This document shows positions 27,497-36,446 of a stretch of 64,000 nt of DNA, piece after piece (position 1 is the stretch's first letter; each line of letters opens with the position of its first letter). The stretch spans positions 32,001 through 96,000 of the IMG/VR virus record IMGVR_UViG_3300033143_002031. The stretch is one strand, 5' to 3'. This DNA comes from a virus. A program made the position numbers and the translations under genes. The notes beneath the pieces are model-generated. The model worked only from the letters and a program-made list of their open reading frames with translations, had not been told where the DNA came from and ran no database searches.

Positions 27497-28213
27497 ATCT
27501 GGGTATTCACGCCGATCGGCTTCTTCTCAGCCACGCTCACGAACAAGAGCTACAACGAACTGCCCCCCGAGATGCAGACTGGCCACATCATGGTCCGTGC
27601 CCGCGTGTACGATGACCTCGTGCGGCTCGTCGCCGAGCACCAGACGCGCGGGTTCGGGAGTGAGCCCGAAATCTTCGCTCTCAAGGGGCACGACTACCCG
27701 TACCGGATCGTCATCCCGCAGGTGGAGTGGATCGCTCTCGCGGCTCGCCTCGCCGAGATGGTCGACTACTCGAACTTCAAAAATGCCGTGACTGACAAGG
27801 CGGCGACTCGAATCGAGGGTGACGCGCGGCACGACCTCTACATGAAGATCTGGGGGGTCATGCACGGGGCCGAGGACTGGCTCAAGAGGCGCGTGTCGGA
27901 CCTCCGGCGCCCCCGGCCCAGGCAGGGCGGCCTGGGCTTCTGGCAGAGCCCTGGGCTCTACCACGGCGATCCTCGCAGCGACGCGGAGATGCGGGCCAAC
28001 TATGAGCCTGCGCGTGGCTGGGAGGCGTGGCTGTCGGACGAAGAGCGCGAGGCGATCGAGTGCGAGCCCCCGCTGGTCGACGGGGAGGACATCACCTTCG
28101 ACGAGGACGAGGACCCGTTCGACCTCGTGATCGACGACCCGACGCCCGATGACATCGCCCGGTTCGAGTTGGCTCTGATGCGGTCGGACCAGCGCCGAGG
28201 AAGGGGCCGGTAA
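27497..28213 (+). CDS. hypothetical protein, probable non-canonical ATC/ATT start
   Basis: AGGAGG 8 nt upstream of ATC; frame reads (I)WVFTPIGFFS..IMVRAR, closed by an in-frame TAG at 27482. Confidence 0.65.
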   Translation: MWVFTPIGFFSATLTNKSYNELPPEMQTGHIMVRARVYDDLVRLVAEHQTRGFGSEPEIFALKGHDYPYRIVIPQVEWIALAARLAEMVDYSNFKNAVTDKAATRIEGDARHDLYMKIWGVMHGAEDWLKRRVSDLRRPRPRQGGLGFWQSPGLYHGDPRSDAEMRANYEPARGWEAWLSDEEREAIECEPPLVDGEDITFDEDEDPFDLVIDDPTPDDIARFELALMRSDQRRGRGR

Positions 28214-28219
28214 TCTCCC

Positions 28220-28519
28220 ATGTTCGATCTCGACTTCAGTGAAGAGTTCTTCATGGGCGAGGGTTACGACTACTGCGCCCTACCCGAGCCCAGCGAGACG
28301 CCGACGTCCGTCCTCCAAGCCTTCGTGTCCATGCACCCGGACGACTGGGTGACCTACTGCCGCGACGTCGTGGACGTGATGCCAGGCACCGAGGCCGCGC
28401 TACCCACAGCCATGCGGCACGTCCGCAAGGTCAACTCGTGCACGACCCTGACGCCCCCTGTCGAGGTCTGCGCGGGCGGCGGCTACGTCCTGCTCGTCTA
28501 CCCGAGCGAATCCAACTAG
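28220..28519 (+). CDS. hypothetical protein
   Basis: ORF. Confidence 0.6.
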   Translation: MFDLDFSEEFFMGEGYDYCALPEPSETPTSVLQAFVSMHPDDWVTYCRDVVDVMPGTEAALPTAMRHVRKVNSCTTLTPPVEVCAGGGYVLLVYPSESN

Positions 28520-28616
28520 AGCCCCCGCCGAGCCTACTTCCAACCCCGCGCGATCTGGTGCGTTGTCCATGAAAACTCACCCGTGGTACGCTGGCTGCCT
28601 CATGAGGGAGGAAACG

Positions 28617-29159
28617 ATGAAGAAGCTACTCGTCTTGGCGGCGTTTGCGGCCATCGTCCTGGTCCCGTCTCTGGTGCTGGGACAGCCGTGCCCGCCGGTC
28701 GATATCAACCTGTCGGTGGCCGACCAGGCGCAGGAGTGGTGGATGGTGCTCCTGGACTTCCTGGTCCAGTTGTCCGCGCCGCTCGTCACGATGATCCTTG
28801 GTGTCCTTGGCACCTGGATGGTCCGAAAACTCGGTAAGAAGTGGGACGTGGAGAAGCAGCAAGCGGCGATCACCCTGACCAACAACATGGTGGCGGCCGG
28901 CGTCTCCTTTGCGGAGGAGCAGGCCCGGAAGGCGCTTCGCTCGGACAAGGTGAAGACAGAGGGAGCCGACAAGATGCAGGCCGCTGTCGATTTCGTGATG
29001 CAGCAGTTGGACTCGTCGGGACTGCCAGGCATCGCCGAGGCTGAACTGGAAGACCTGATCGAGTCGCGGCTCCACCAAGAGCGATCGAAGCCGGACGGGA
29101 TCATCCCGAATGATCCGGCAGGGCCTCTCGATCCTGAGCCCCCACCCGTCGCTGCCTGA
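28617..29159 (+). CDS. holin-like membrane protein with N-terminal signal/TM segment
   Basis: MKKLLVLAAFAA.., TM helix, AGVSFAEEQ..KMQAAVDFV resembling LL-H-type holins; upstream of endolysin. Confidence 0.6.
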   Translation: MKKLLVLAAFAAIVLVPSLVLGQPCPPVDINLSVADQAQEWWMVLLDFLVQLSAPLVTMILGVLGTWMVRKLGKKWDVEKQQAAITLTNNMVAAGVSFAEEQARKALRSDKVKTEGADKMQAAVDFVMQQLDSSGLPGIAEAELEDLIESRLHQERSKPDGIIPNDPAGPLDPEPPPVAA

Positions 29160-29189
29160 CTATCGCGCCCTACCACATAACGATTGCTC

Positions 29190-29219
29190 TTGACACATCG
29201 GCAAACTCCTGCCTATCCT
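29190..29219 (+). promoter_or_regulatory. promoter for tmRNA
   Basis: TTGACA-N18-TATCCT. Confidence 0.55.
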
Positions 29220-29278
29220 GATGGTTCACGGCTGGGGCGATTCTCTGCGGTCAATCAGGGGTACGCTGCCAGCCACAC

Positions 29279-29687
29279 GGGCTGGAAATGGCTTCGACAG
29301 GTACACGGAAGATCGAGGGAGCGTGCCGGGGATGATCGTCGCCCGTAAAAACGCGGTCGAACAGCAATTGCCAACAGCGATAGCTACCCGGAGGTTCGCG
29401 CAGCAGCGTGACCTCTCGTCCTGCCGGGGCTCTGCTCACGGCTTCGGGTCAGGGCGTCATTCAGTGGGCTGGTCTGTGAAACGGCGTCTCCGAAGAACGC
29501 CGGGGGTCCTGCACTGGTCAGGCGTCAGCCCCCACGGACGAGATAGGACGCGCGATCTAGCCCCTCCCAGTCCGGGTCTAACCAGGGAGTGGTGAAGTGG
29601 TGGGCATACCCCACCAGGCTCGGCTTGTGCACGGAGAGCCCCCGAACTGAAGGTGCGTGGACTCGGGTTCGATTCCCGACCAGTCCA
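29279..29687 (+). ncRNA. ssrA: tmRNA; tag reading frame 29370-29411 ANSDSYPEVRAAA*
   Basis: 5' GGGCTGG..GGCTTCGAC, GCGTGCCG, pk1-like CCCGTAAAAACGCGG, 3' GGACTCGGGTTCGATTCCCGACCAGTCCA with G3.U70 Ala acceptor. Confidence 0.92.
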
Positions 29688-29763
29688 AAGGTGTTGGCAA
29701 CACCGTTGCTCCACCCCTCGGCTAGCCACTGAGGGGTGGGGCGCAAACTCCTAGAGGGGGTAC

Positions 29764-30552
29764 ATGGCACTGATCATCCGAGGCACCGAGGTCGAGGTTC
29801 CCAACCTGGCCATCCGATCCTGGCACGACGACCCGAAGCTGAAGCTCGACGGTGAGGACTACCGCGCACGACCTGATACGTGGGTGCGCGGGATCATCCT
29901 TCACACGACGATGGGCATTCCTGGCGGCCGGATCAAGACGCCGCAGGACATCCAACCCGGGCTCGGCCCTGACACCGGGAGAGACGAGCGCATGGCGCAG
30001 ATGTGGTCGGCGGACGATCGGCGCGCGGGCGCGCATATCGCTGTGGACCACGACGCCTCGATCTGTTGCTTCGCGGACCTTCAGGAGCACATGCCCTTCC
30101 ATGCCGGCAACGTCAATGCGGTGACGATCGGCATCGAGATGTACCAAAACTCCAAGGGGCGCCTATACCAGGGCCAGTTGGAGGCCGTGGTGAGGCTCGT
30201 GCACTTCCTCACCAAGACGTTCTCGATCCAGCGGCAGTTGCACCACCCCTACGGGCGCCAAGCCTTGAAGCGCGGCTTGAGGCGTGGCACCGACATGGTA
30301 GGGGTCTTTGGCCACCGCGACGTGAGCAACAACCGAGGCGAAGGTGACCCCGGCAACCCGATCATGAGTTTGCTCATGGACGCCGGCTACGAGGCGTTCA
30401 ACTTCGCTCACAACGAGGACAAGGACGTCTGGGCCACGCGGCAAGAGAACCTCGGTCTTCTGCCCGATGGCGTGCCCGGTCCGAAGACGGCGGGCGCCCT
30501 TCTGACGAGGGGACGCCCTCACGGTCTCTGGGTCAACAGGCCCGGCGACTGA
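29764..30552 (+). CDS. endolysin: N-acetylmuramoyl-L-alanine amidase (Amidase_2) + C-terminal peptidoglycan-binding-like segment
   Basis: IILHTT..AHIAVD..FHAG..NAVTIGIE..GHRDV..DPG; DGVPGPKT. Confidence 0.88.
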   Translation: MALIIRGTEVEVPNLAIRSWHDDPKLKLDGEDYRARPDTWVRGIILHTTMGIPGGRIKTPQDIQPGLGPDTGRDERMAQMWSADDRRAGAHIAVDHDASICCFADLQEHMPFHAGNVNAVTIGIEMYQNSKGRLYQGQLEAVVRLVHFLTKTFSIQRQLHHPYGRQALKRGLRRGTDMVGVFGHRDVSNNRGEGDPGNPIMSLLMDAGYEAFNFAHNEDKDVWATRQENLGLLPDGVPGPKTAGALLTRGRPHGLWVNRPGD

Positions 30553-30890
30553 TGAGCGATCAACTCAGCCTAGACACGGGGCCGAACCCCTACGCGACCT
30601 TCGAGGGCAAGACCTACCTGAAGGCCGTCATCATAGCGTCGGCAAACTCCGCCTTGGCGAGGAAGGAGTGGCTCATCTTGCCGCCCGGCGTGATCTTCGA
30701 GCCTGTGAATTCGCCGTGGCCGTGGCGTTCCGTGAAGCCGCTTCCATTCAAGGGTCGGTTCCTGGCAGAGCCGGTCGAGACCCGTGACGACATGAGCCGC
30801 CTTCACGCGCTGGCACACGCCGTCAAGTGCGTTGTGGATGTACCTGACGACTGCCCGCCGATCGGGCGATGGGAGAGAGCCGATGTGTAG
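30552..30890 (+). CDS. hypothetical protein
   Basis: Coupled ORF. Confidence 0.55.
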   Translation: MSDQLSLDTGPNPYATFEGKTYLKAVIIASANSALARKEWLILPPGVIFEPVNSPWPWRSVKPLPFKGRFLAEPVETRDDMSRLHALAHAVKCVVDVPDDCPPIGRWERADV

Positions 30891-31142
30891 CCTCTGTGGG
30901 GACCCTCGACACGCCGACATGCGCTGCCCGTGCTTTGGGTACTCAGGCGGGGAGTACAGTCCGCCGGCCGAGGCGCAGCACGGCGCCGAGTCGAAGCCCC
31001 AACAGGAGTCCAAGAGCAGGGAGTTTTCCTCCCCGCCAGCCGCGCCGCGCCGACCCTCCGCCAGTCCTCCGGACCCCCAGCACTCATAGCCCCCGCACCC
31101 ACACTGACCTGCCAATCGACACACCTCCGATCTTTTTTCACG

Positions 31143-31218
31143 TTTGCTCTTGACACGAGCCCTCCCCTCGCGTAGGCTGTAAGTGAGGTCGGGGATGAGT
31201 TCCCCGAAGGAGGACAGG
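31143..31218 (+). promoter_or_regulatory. promoter + 5' hairpin + SD cassette, copy 7
   Basis: TTGACA-N17-TAGGCT; TCGGGGA-TGAGT-TCCCCGA; AGGAGG. Confidence 0.8.
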
Positions 31219-31539
31219 ATGCCCGGAACCAAGATCGCTACCGTCTACCACGCCGACACCGACGCTGTTCGCGCCCGGGGCGGGAGCGCCTTCGACTGCG
31301 AGGCCAACTGGCCCGAGGAGTACAACGTCGTGGCGCGCGTCGAGACCGGCGACCTCGGAACGGTCTTCGAGAAGACCAACCACATCGACCACGAGTGGTG
31401 GGACAACGACGGCGTGGAGCGCATCGGCCCCCCGACTCGCTCGACCTCGGTCGGGGACGTGGTGGTCCTGGACGGCGTAGCTCACCGCTGCGAGCCCTGC
31501 GGCTGGTCTGTGATCGGCCCTTTCGAGGTGGCTGCGTGA
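31219..31539 (+). CDS. hypothetical protein
   Basis: Follows the cassette; RSTSVGDVV motif. Confidence 0.8.
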   Translation: MPGTKIATVYHADTDAVRARGGSAFDCEANWPEEYNVVARVETGDLGTVFEKTNHIDHEWWDNDGVERIGPPTRSTSVGDVVVLDGVAHRCEPCGWSVIGPFEVAA

Positions 31540-31757
31540 CCCCGAAGCTGACGACAGAGGCCGTCTGCGCGGCTCTCCGGAAGCGCGGCGGGTCTGCCAG
31601 GCATAAGGTATTGGCCCGAGACCTCAAGTGCTCCTATGAGAGCCTGACGGCTTGGTTCGAGGACGAGAGCGGGTGCGAGGTCGAAGCTCGCTTGGTGCGA
31701 GGGAAGCACACGAGCCAGGTCGAGTTCCGACTGAGTGGGGAGAAGAAATCTTCATGA
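31536..31757 (+). CDS. hypothetical protein, possible HTH
   Basis: GTGA coupling; ends EKKSS. Confidence 0.6.
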   Translation: MTPKLTTEAVCAALRKRGGSARHKVLARDLKCSYESLTAWFEDESGCEVEARLVRGKHTSQVEFRLSGEKKSS

Positions 31758-32104
31758 CTGGGCGGGATGCTGGGGACTGCTATCAGGCCGCAGCGAGCTA
31801 CCTGTCGCGGCTCGGCCCGGTCCAGTCCGAGGGCTACACGCTCGTCCACGGCACCGTGAGCGGGCAGGGCTGGCTCGAAGGCCGGCGCATCGACCACGCA
31901 TGGGTCGAGGTGGACGACGGCCCGGTCGTTATGGTGATCGACCACTCGCAGGGCAAGAACCTCGTTCTGTCCCGTGATGCCTACTACCACATCGGGAAGA
32001 TCAGCCCCGACGAATGCACGCGCTACACGTCCGAAGAGGCAGTGGTCAACATGTTGCGGTCCAAGCACTTCGGACCGTGGGGAGAAGAGGAGAAATCTTC
32101 GTGA
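31754..32104 (+). CDS. hypothetical protein
   Basis: GDCY..LVHG..HAWVE; ends EEKSS. Confidence 0.75.
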   Translation: MTGRDAGDCYQAAASYLSRLGPVQSEGYTLVHGTVSGQGWLEGRRIDHAWVEVDDGPVVMVIDHSQGKNLVLSRDAYYHIGKISPDECTRYTSEEAVVNMLRSKHFGPWGEEEKSS

Positions 32105-32322
32105 GCCGCAAGCGAAAGAAGCCGCTGCCGAACCTTCACCTTGTGACGATCCCGTGCAGCACGGGGGACGAGGTGCTCGAACTGGTCCGCGACCCCGATG
32201 TGTACGGCGAGCCTGGGGTCCGCGTCTACCAGCCTGGCAGCCCTGCGCCAGACGCGGCATGGATTCCCGTCGAGAAGTTCCTGGAGGCCGCTGACAGGAT
32301 CAGAGAGGAGAAATCTTCATGA
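32101..32322 (+). CDS. hypothetical protein
   Basis: Coupled; ends EEKSS. Confidence 0.65.
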   Translation: MSRKRKKPLPNLHLVTIPCSTGDEVLELVRDPDVYGEPGVRVYQPGSPAPDAAWIPVEKFLEAADRIREEKSS

Positions 32323-32810
32323 CCACGGAGAAGACAGAGCAGCCAAGGCCGACGATCCTGCTCATGTTCGTGAGCCGCTGCGTCCTGGACGACGGTAAGG
32401 AAGGGCGCATCTACTACCGCATCACCGACGAGCAACTGGAGGATAGCGACCTCGGCGACGACGCCCCCATGCAGTTCACTCTCGGTGGCAGATCATCCTC
32501 GAAGTACATGGGAGGTGCTGCTGGCATCGTCTACCGCGTGGAGCAGCCGCCGGACAACCCGGATCAGATCTACACCGCGACGGCCCGGTACGAGGGAACA
32601 TGGCCTGATCGGGAGCAGCGTGCTGCCTGGCAGGTGACGGACCAGACCAAGGGGCAGGAGATCGCCCTGAAGAAAGAGGCGAAGAAGGCCAAGCGCGACG
32701 ACGCTGTGTTAGAGTGCCTGGCACCCATTCGCGAAGCGTACCAGCGAGCACGTGGCATGCAGCGGAACCTGCTCCTCGCCCGAGCCGTGCAGTACATCAC
32801 CAGAGGGTAG
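32319..32810 (+). CDS. hypothetical protein
   Basis: ATGA coupling. Confidence 0.75.
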   Translation: MTTEKTEQPRPTILLMFVSRCVLDDGKEGRIYYRITDEQLEDSDLGDDAPMQFTLGGRSSSKYMGGAAGIVYRVEQPPDNPDQIYTATARYEGTWPDREQRAAWQVTDQTKGQEIALKKEAKKAKRDDAVLECLAPIREAYQRARGMQRNLLLARAVQYITRG

Positions 32811-32823
32811 GGGGGAAAGCTCC

Positions 32824-33021
32824 ATGGGGGACATCCTACATCGCCAGTGCTCATGGTGCCGCCGCGTCTACCGCGACGGTCAGTGGGTCGAGGCTACCCT
32901 GGACGAGCCCTCGTCGAGCATCACGCACGGGCTTTGCCCAGAGTGCGCGGACCGTTACTACCCGGAGCCCGAGACCGCCGGGACTCCAGTGCCAGCACGA
33001 GCCCCAACGTTCAAGGCCTAG
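32824..33021 (+). CDS. small zinc-binding protein
   Basis: CSWC..SHG-like THGLCPEC. Confidence 0.7.
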   Translation: MGDILHRQCSWCRRVYRDGQWVEATLDEPSSSITHGLCPECADRYYPEPETAGTPVPARAPTFKA

Positions 33022-33212
33022 ACCCCCTCAGAACGTCCCCCAGATGGCCCATAGGCGCCTCGTAGCCTCTGGTAGGTCTCTGTGCCCCCACGCCCCGTTC
33101 GAGGGCTCTCGGAGGCTCTCAGGAGCCGTGTGGTAGGCTGGAGGCATGAGAACCCGCCGCCACGCCCCCTTCTAGGCCCCTGAGACGCTCTCCAGAGGGC
33201 CTGGGAGGCACG

Positions 33213-33386
33213 ATGTCCAGGACCAAGAGGAAGGAGCCCTACGGATCCCCGTGGGGCAAGGAATCGCCCGGCGTCAAGCGGTCGTTCCGAAGGCAGTTCC
33301 GCGCTCGGTGCAAGGCTGCGCTCCGAAGGCGTCGATACGACCGCATGCCGAGGTGGCGAGGCACGTGTGGGTGGATCACATGGTAG
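33213..33386 (+). CDS. small Arg-rich protein (57 aa, below ORF-track cutoff)
   Basis: GGAGG SD; MSRTKRKEPYGSPWGKESPGVKRSFRRQFRARCKAALRRRRY... Confidence 0.6.
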   Translation: MSRTKRKEPYGSPWGKESPGVKRSFRRQFRARCKAALRRRRYDRMPRWRGTCGWITW

Positions 33387-33410
33387 CGATCGAGGGGAGG
33401 GAGTTTGCTA

Positions 33411-33439
33411 TTGACCCACCCCTAGCTATGTGGTACGAC
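33411..33439 (+). promoter_or_regulatory. leaderless promoter
   Basis: TTGACC-N17-TACGAC with extended TG; ATG 6 nt later. Confidence 0.65.
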
Positions 33440-33445
33440 CGACCT

Positions 33446-33853
33446 ATGAAGCATCGTAGAACGAAGCTGGAGTGCATCGACATGCGGCGATTCTTCCCGG
33501 AGACATACGGGGAGACGGTAGAGGGACGGGACCCCGAGACGGGGCGCGAGAAGTGTGCGCCCGGGTGCTGTTGCTTCCAGTTCTGTGACGTCGAGTTCGA
33601 GAAGGCGACGACCGAGGAGGGTGAGACCGTCGAGGTCCACCACACGTGCGTGGACTACAGCCCCCGTTACTACTTGCCGCCGGCCGAGGTCTGGACGCTA
33701 GAGGACGCCAAGGCGAAGCGAGACGCGGACCCCGAGCGGTACCGCATCCTTGTCTCGAACATGGAGTGCAACGACATGACCCGTGTCGTCCAGACGTGCA
33801 CGGGCAACATCACCGAGTTCAACGACGGGGACGTGGTTCTCGACCCGAGGTAG
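33446..33853 (+). CDS. hypothetical protein
   Basis: ATG at predicted TSS. Confidence 0.65.
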   Translation: MKHRRTKLECIDMRRFFPETYGETVEGRDPETGREKCAPGCCCFQFCDVEFEKATTEEGETVEVHHTCVDYSPRYYLPPAEVWTLEDAKAKRDADPERYRILVSNMECNDMTRVVQTCTGNITEFNDGDVVLDPR

Positions 33854-33875
33854 GCAAACTCTCATGGAGGCAGTG

Positions 33876-34628
33876 ATGGGGAGAACAGAGTGGACATTCG
33901 GAGAGCCCGAGTTCAAGCCAGACGAGCATGGCGTGAGCCACCTGACCTACACGTTCGCGCAGGGCGTGGAGCGCATCGTGCTTGGAGTCAAAGCAGCGGT
34001 CGTCCGGCTGGCCGACATGCGGCCGATGCTCATCCCGCACCCGTTCAAGATCGGCCACCGCAACCGGACGGAGTGGTGCCTCGCAGAGCACCACATCGGC
34101 AAGCGATACAACGACGTCACGGGCGAGGAGGAGGGCGGCTTCAGGGTCCGCGCTGAGTTGAGAGACTTTGGTTCGGAGTGCCCGCCGGCCATCGAGGGCG
34201 GCTCGACCCTTCCGGACCGTGTCCTCCACGTGCTCAACATCGTTGCGCCGTTGGAGCGCCTGGTGATGTTCTCGTGCTACACGCCCGAGGGCTACTACCT
34301 CGGTGACCTGGGGAGCGCGATGAGGATCTACGGCGCGTGGGGCCTGACAAATGTCATGCCCACGTCGGTCGCGGCAGGGGGTAGCACCTCCGAGGCCGTC
34401 ACCAACAAACTCTCGTGTGCCGTGGGCTACGACCCGAAGGAGGAGAAGTGGGTGGGCTGGTCCCATCGCGCGGCGTCCTCCTTCGGTGTCGGCTACGTGG
34501 CGCGGAAGGGCTACTGCGAGACGTCGGACTACCCGGACAGCGAGCGCGCCGTGCCGGTCGGCTTCGAGGTCAAGACCCTGAACGACGCGAAGCGGTGTGC
34601 CATCGCGTTCGCCGCGTCGGTCTCATGA
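33876..34628 (+). CDS. hypothetical protein
   Basis: GGAGG SD. Confidence 0.75.
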   Translation: MGRTEWTFGEPEFKPDEHGVSHLTYTFAQGVERIVLGVKAAVVRLADMRPMLIPHPFKIGHRNRTEWCLAEHHIGKRYNDVTGEEEGGFRVRAELRDFGSECPPAIEGGSTLPDRVLHVLNIVAPLERLVMFSCYTPEGYYLGDLGSAMRIYGAWGLTNVMPTSVAAGGSTSEAVTNKLSCAVGYDPKEEKWVGWSHRAASSFGVGYVARKGYCETSDYPDSERAVPVGFEVKTLNDAKRCAIAFAASVS

Positions 34629-34831
34629 CCAACAGGCGAAAGCGGGCTGGGCAGACCGTATATCTTGACGAGTCCGGGGAGGAGTACGTGCTTGACGGGG
34701 ACGGCAACCGTCAGCCTCCCATGCAATCTCGTGTCGTATCGAAGCCGGGCGAGTTCACGACCTTCGATGATAGCCAAGGTCACTGCGCTCTGTGCGGACG
34801 CTTGACGTGCCGAGGGGGGTGCTTCAAATGA
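34625..34831 (+). CDS. hypothetical protein
   Basis: ATGA coupling; CALCG..C..C. Confidence 0.55.
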   Translation: MTNRRKRAGQTVYLDESGEEYVLDGDGNRQPPMQSRVVSKPGEFTTFDDSQGHCALCGRLTCRGGCFK

Positions 34832-34899
34832 CCGAGGAGTGCAAGCACGGGAACCAGACCAAGAAACAGGACCCACACCCCGCCAAAGGAAGAGAGACC

Positions 34900-35193
34900 A
34901 TGTTCAAGCCACTGCACGATAGGATCGTGATCAAGCAAGCCGAGGGTGACGAGAAGGTCGGCAGTATCATCATTCCCGACGAGGCTCGTGAGAAGCCGCT
35001 GGAAGGCACCGTGGTCGCTGTAGGGCCTGGCCGCGTGCTGGACACTGGGGAGTGTATCGTGCCCAGCGTGAAGGCGGGGGATACGGTTCTCTTCGCCAAG
35101 TTCACGGGTTCGGAAATCCAGATCGAGGGGGAGACCCACCTCATCGTTCACGAGCCGGACATCCTCGGTATCGTTCACTCGGCAAACTCCTAA
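34900..35193 (+). CDS. groES: co-chaperonin GroES
   Basis: MFKPLHDRIVIK..GSIIIPDEAREKPLEGTVVAVGPG..VKAGDTVLFAKFTGSEI. Confidence 0.95.
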   Translation: MFKPLHDRIVIKQAEGDEKVGSIIIPDEAREKPLEGTVVAVGPGRVLDTGECIVPSVKAGDTVLFAKFTGSEIQIEGETHLIVHEPDILGIVHSANS

Positions 35194-35254
35194 CCCCCTA
35201 CCTCAACTCTGATGTACAATGACGACCCCCGAGCGGGGTGAAAGTGAGGGCACC

Positions 35255-35820
35255 ATGGACAAGACTCTGACGGAGATCATCGTCATCTCGGACCGTAGCT
35301 CCTCAATGGCGACGGTGCGGGACGAGGCGATCAGTGGCTTCAACTCCTTCCTGAAGGAGCAGCAAGAGGCGGACATCGGCCGCTGTCTGCTCACCTACTG
35401 CCAGTTCAACACGGAGTACGAGATCGTTCACAACGGCATCCCGATCGAGGACATGAAGCCGCTGGACGCATCGACCAGGTGAAGGCACTGATCGAGCGCC
35501 AAGCCGACACCTACAAGTGGTCGTTCGTCTTCCTCGGCAAGGGTCTCGCTGCCTTTGACGGTGGCAGCCGCATGGTGGACATGGACCACAAGCAGATGTT
35601 CGTCGGGCTCGTCGGGGACGCCCCGCAGAGCCAGGCGCACGCCTACTACGCCGCGAGCCGCGCTGTCATCGGCACCCGGCGCAAGGCTGCGGGGGGCCAG
35701 TCGCTTGCGTTTTCGTCCGTGGAGAAGGATGCGTACACGAGCGTGCTCTCAGGTGACGTGGACGACGCCGAAGCCCTGAAGGACAGCGACGGCAGCACGC
35801 CGGACTCCTCGGGAGCGTGA
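35255..35820 (+). pseudogene. vWA-domain gene with internal deletion and frameshift
   Basis: DRSSSM MIDAS-like start; stops at 35482; the rest (DQVKALIE..WSFVFLG) is in another frame and the usual TALLDA/ITDG core is absent. Confidence 0.7.
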
Positions 35821-35970
35821 TGGGCGACGGGCGACATGAGGAAGACCCCTCGGAATTGGATTGGTCGATCTCATTTCCTCCGTGGGGGGTCGTGTTCGTC
35901 ATAGCCACAGCGATCATCTGCTTCACGGTCTACGAGATCGTGAAGCTCGTCGTGGGATAGGAGAAGGACG

Positions 35971-36213
35971 ATGGACAAACTCCACCCATCCATGAGCGGC
36001 ATGGAGGATACGATCCTCCACCTACCCGTGCTCAAGATGAGGGCCGAGGTGAACCGGGGCTGGTGGAAGGTCGAGGTCCAGGTGGCGCGGATGGGGCCGT
36101 ACTACAGCGGGAAGAAGAAGGACCGAAGCTACTTCTCGGCCCTGGCCAAGGCGCTCGACGCAGCGATCAAGGAAACGACGCGCTACGGACATGGGTGGGA
36201 CGGCCAGGACTAG
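35971..36213 (+). CDS. hypothetical protein
   Basis: AGGAG SD. Confidence 0.6.
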   Translation: MDKLHPSMSGMEDTILHLPVLKMRAEVNRGWWKVEVQVARMGPYYSGKKKDRSYFSALAKALDAAIKETTRYGHGWDGQD

Positions 36214-36239
36214 CGACCAATGGTCGCAAGGGACGGACG

Positions 36240-36446
36240 ATGGGCCGGTGGATTTCACTCGACGCTGTTGAGAGGGAGGGCTGGTACGTGGCGAGGTACG
36301 ACACGCCCGAACAGCCCTACCGCGTGATCCGTGCACGAGTCGGGAAGGCGAGGTCGAGACGCTACAGTCACCGGGCTCCGATCGAGGTGTGGTCGGTGCC
36401 GATAGACGAGATGGGAAGCGAGGGGGTGGACGATGGAAAACTCTGA
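36240..36446 (+). CDS. hypothetical protein
   Basis: ORF. Confidence 0.5.
   Translation: MGRWISLDAVEREGWYVARYDTPEQPYRVIRARVGKARSRRYSHRAPIEVWSVPIDEMGSEGVDDGKL

Noticed and set aside
29221-29595. 124-aa ORF downstream of the holin
   Set aside because: Overlaps the tmRNA; the tmRNA structure and tag frame explain the sequence.
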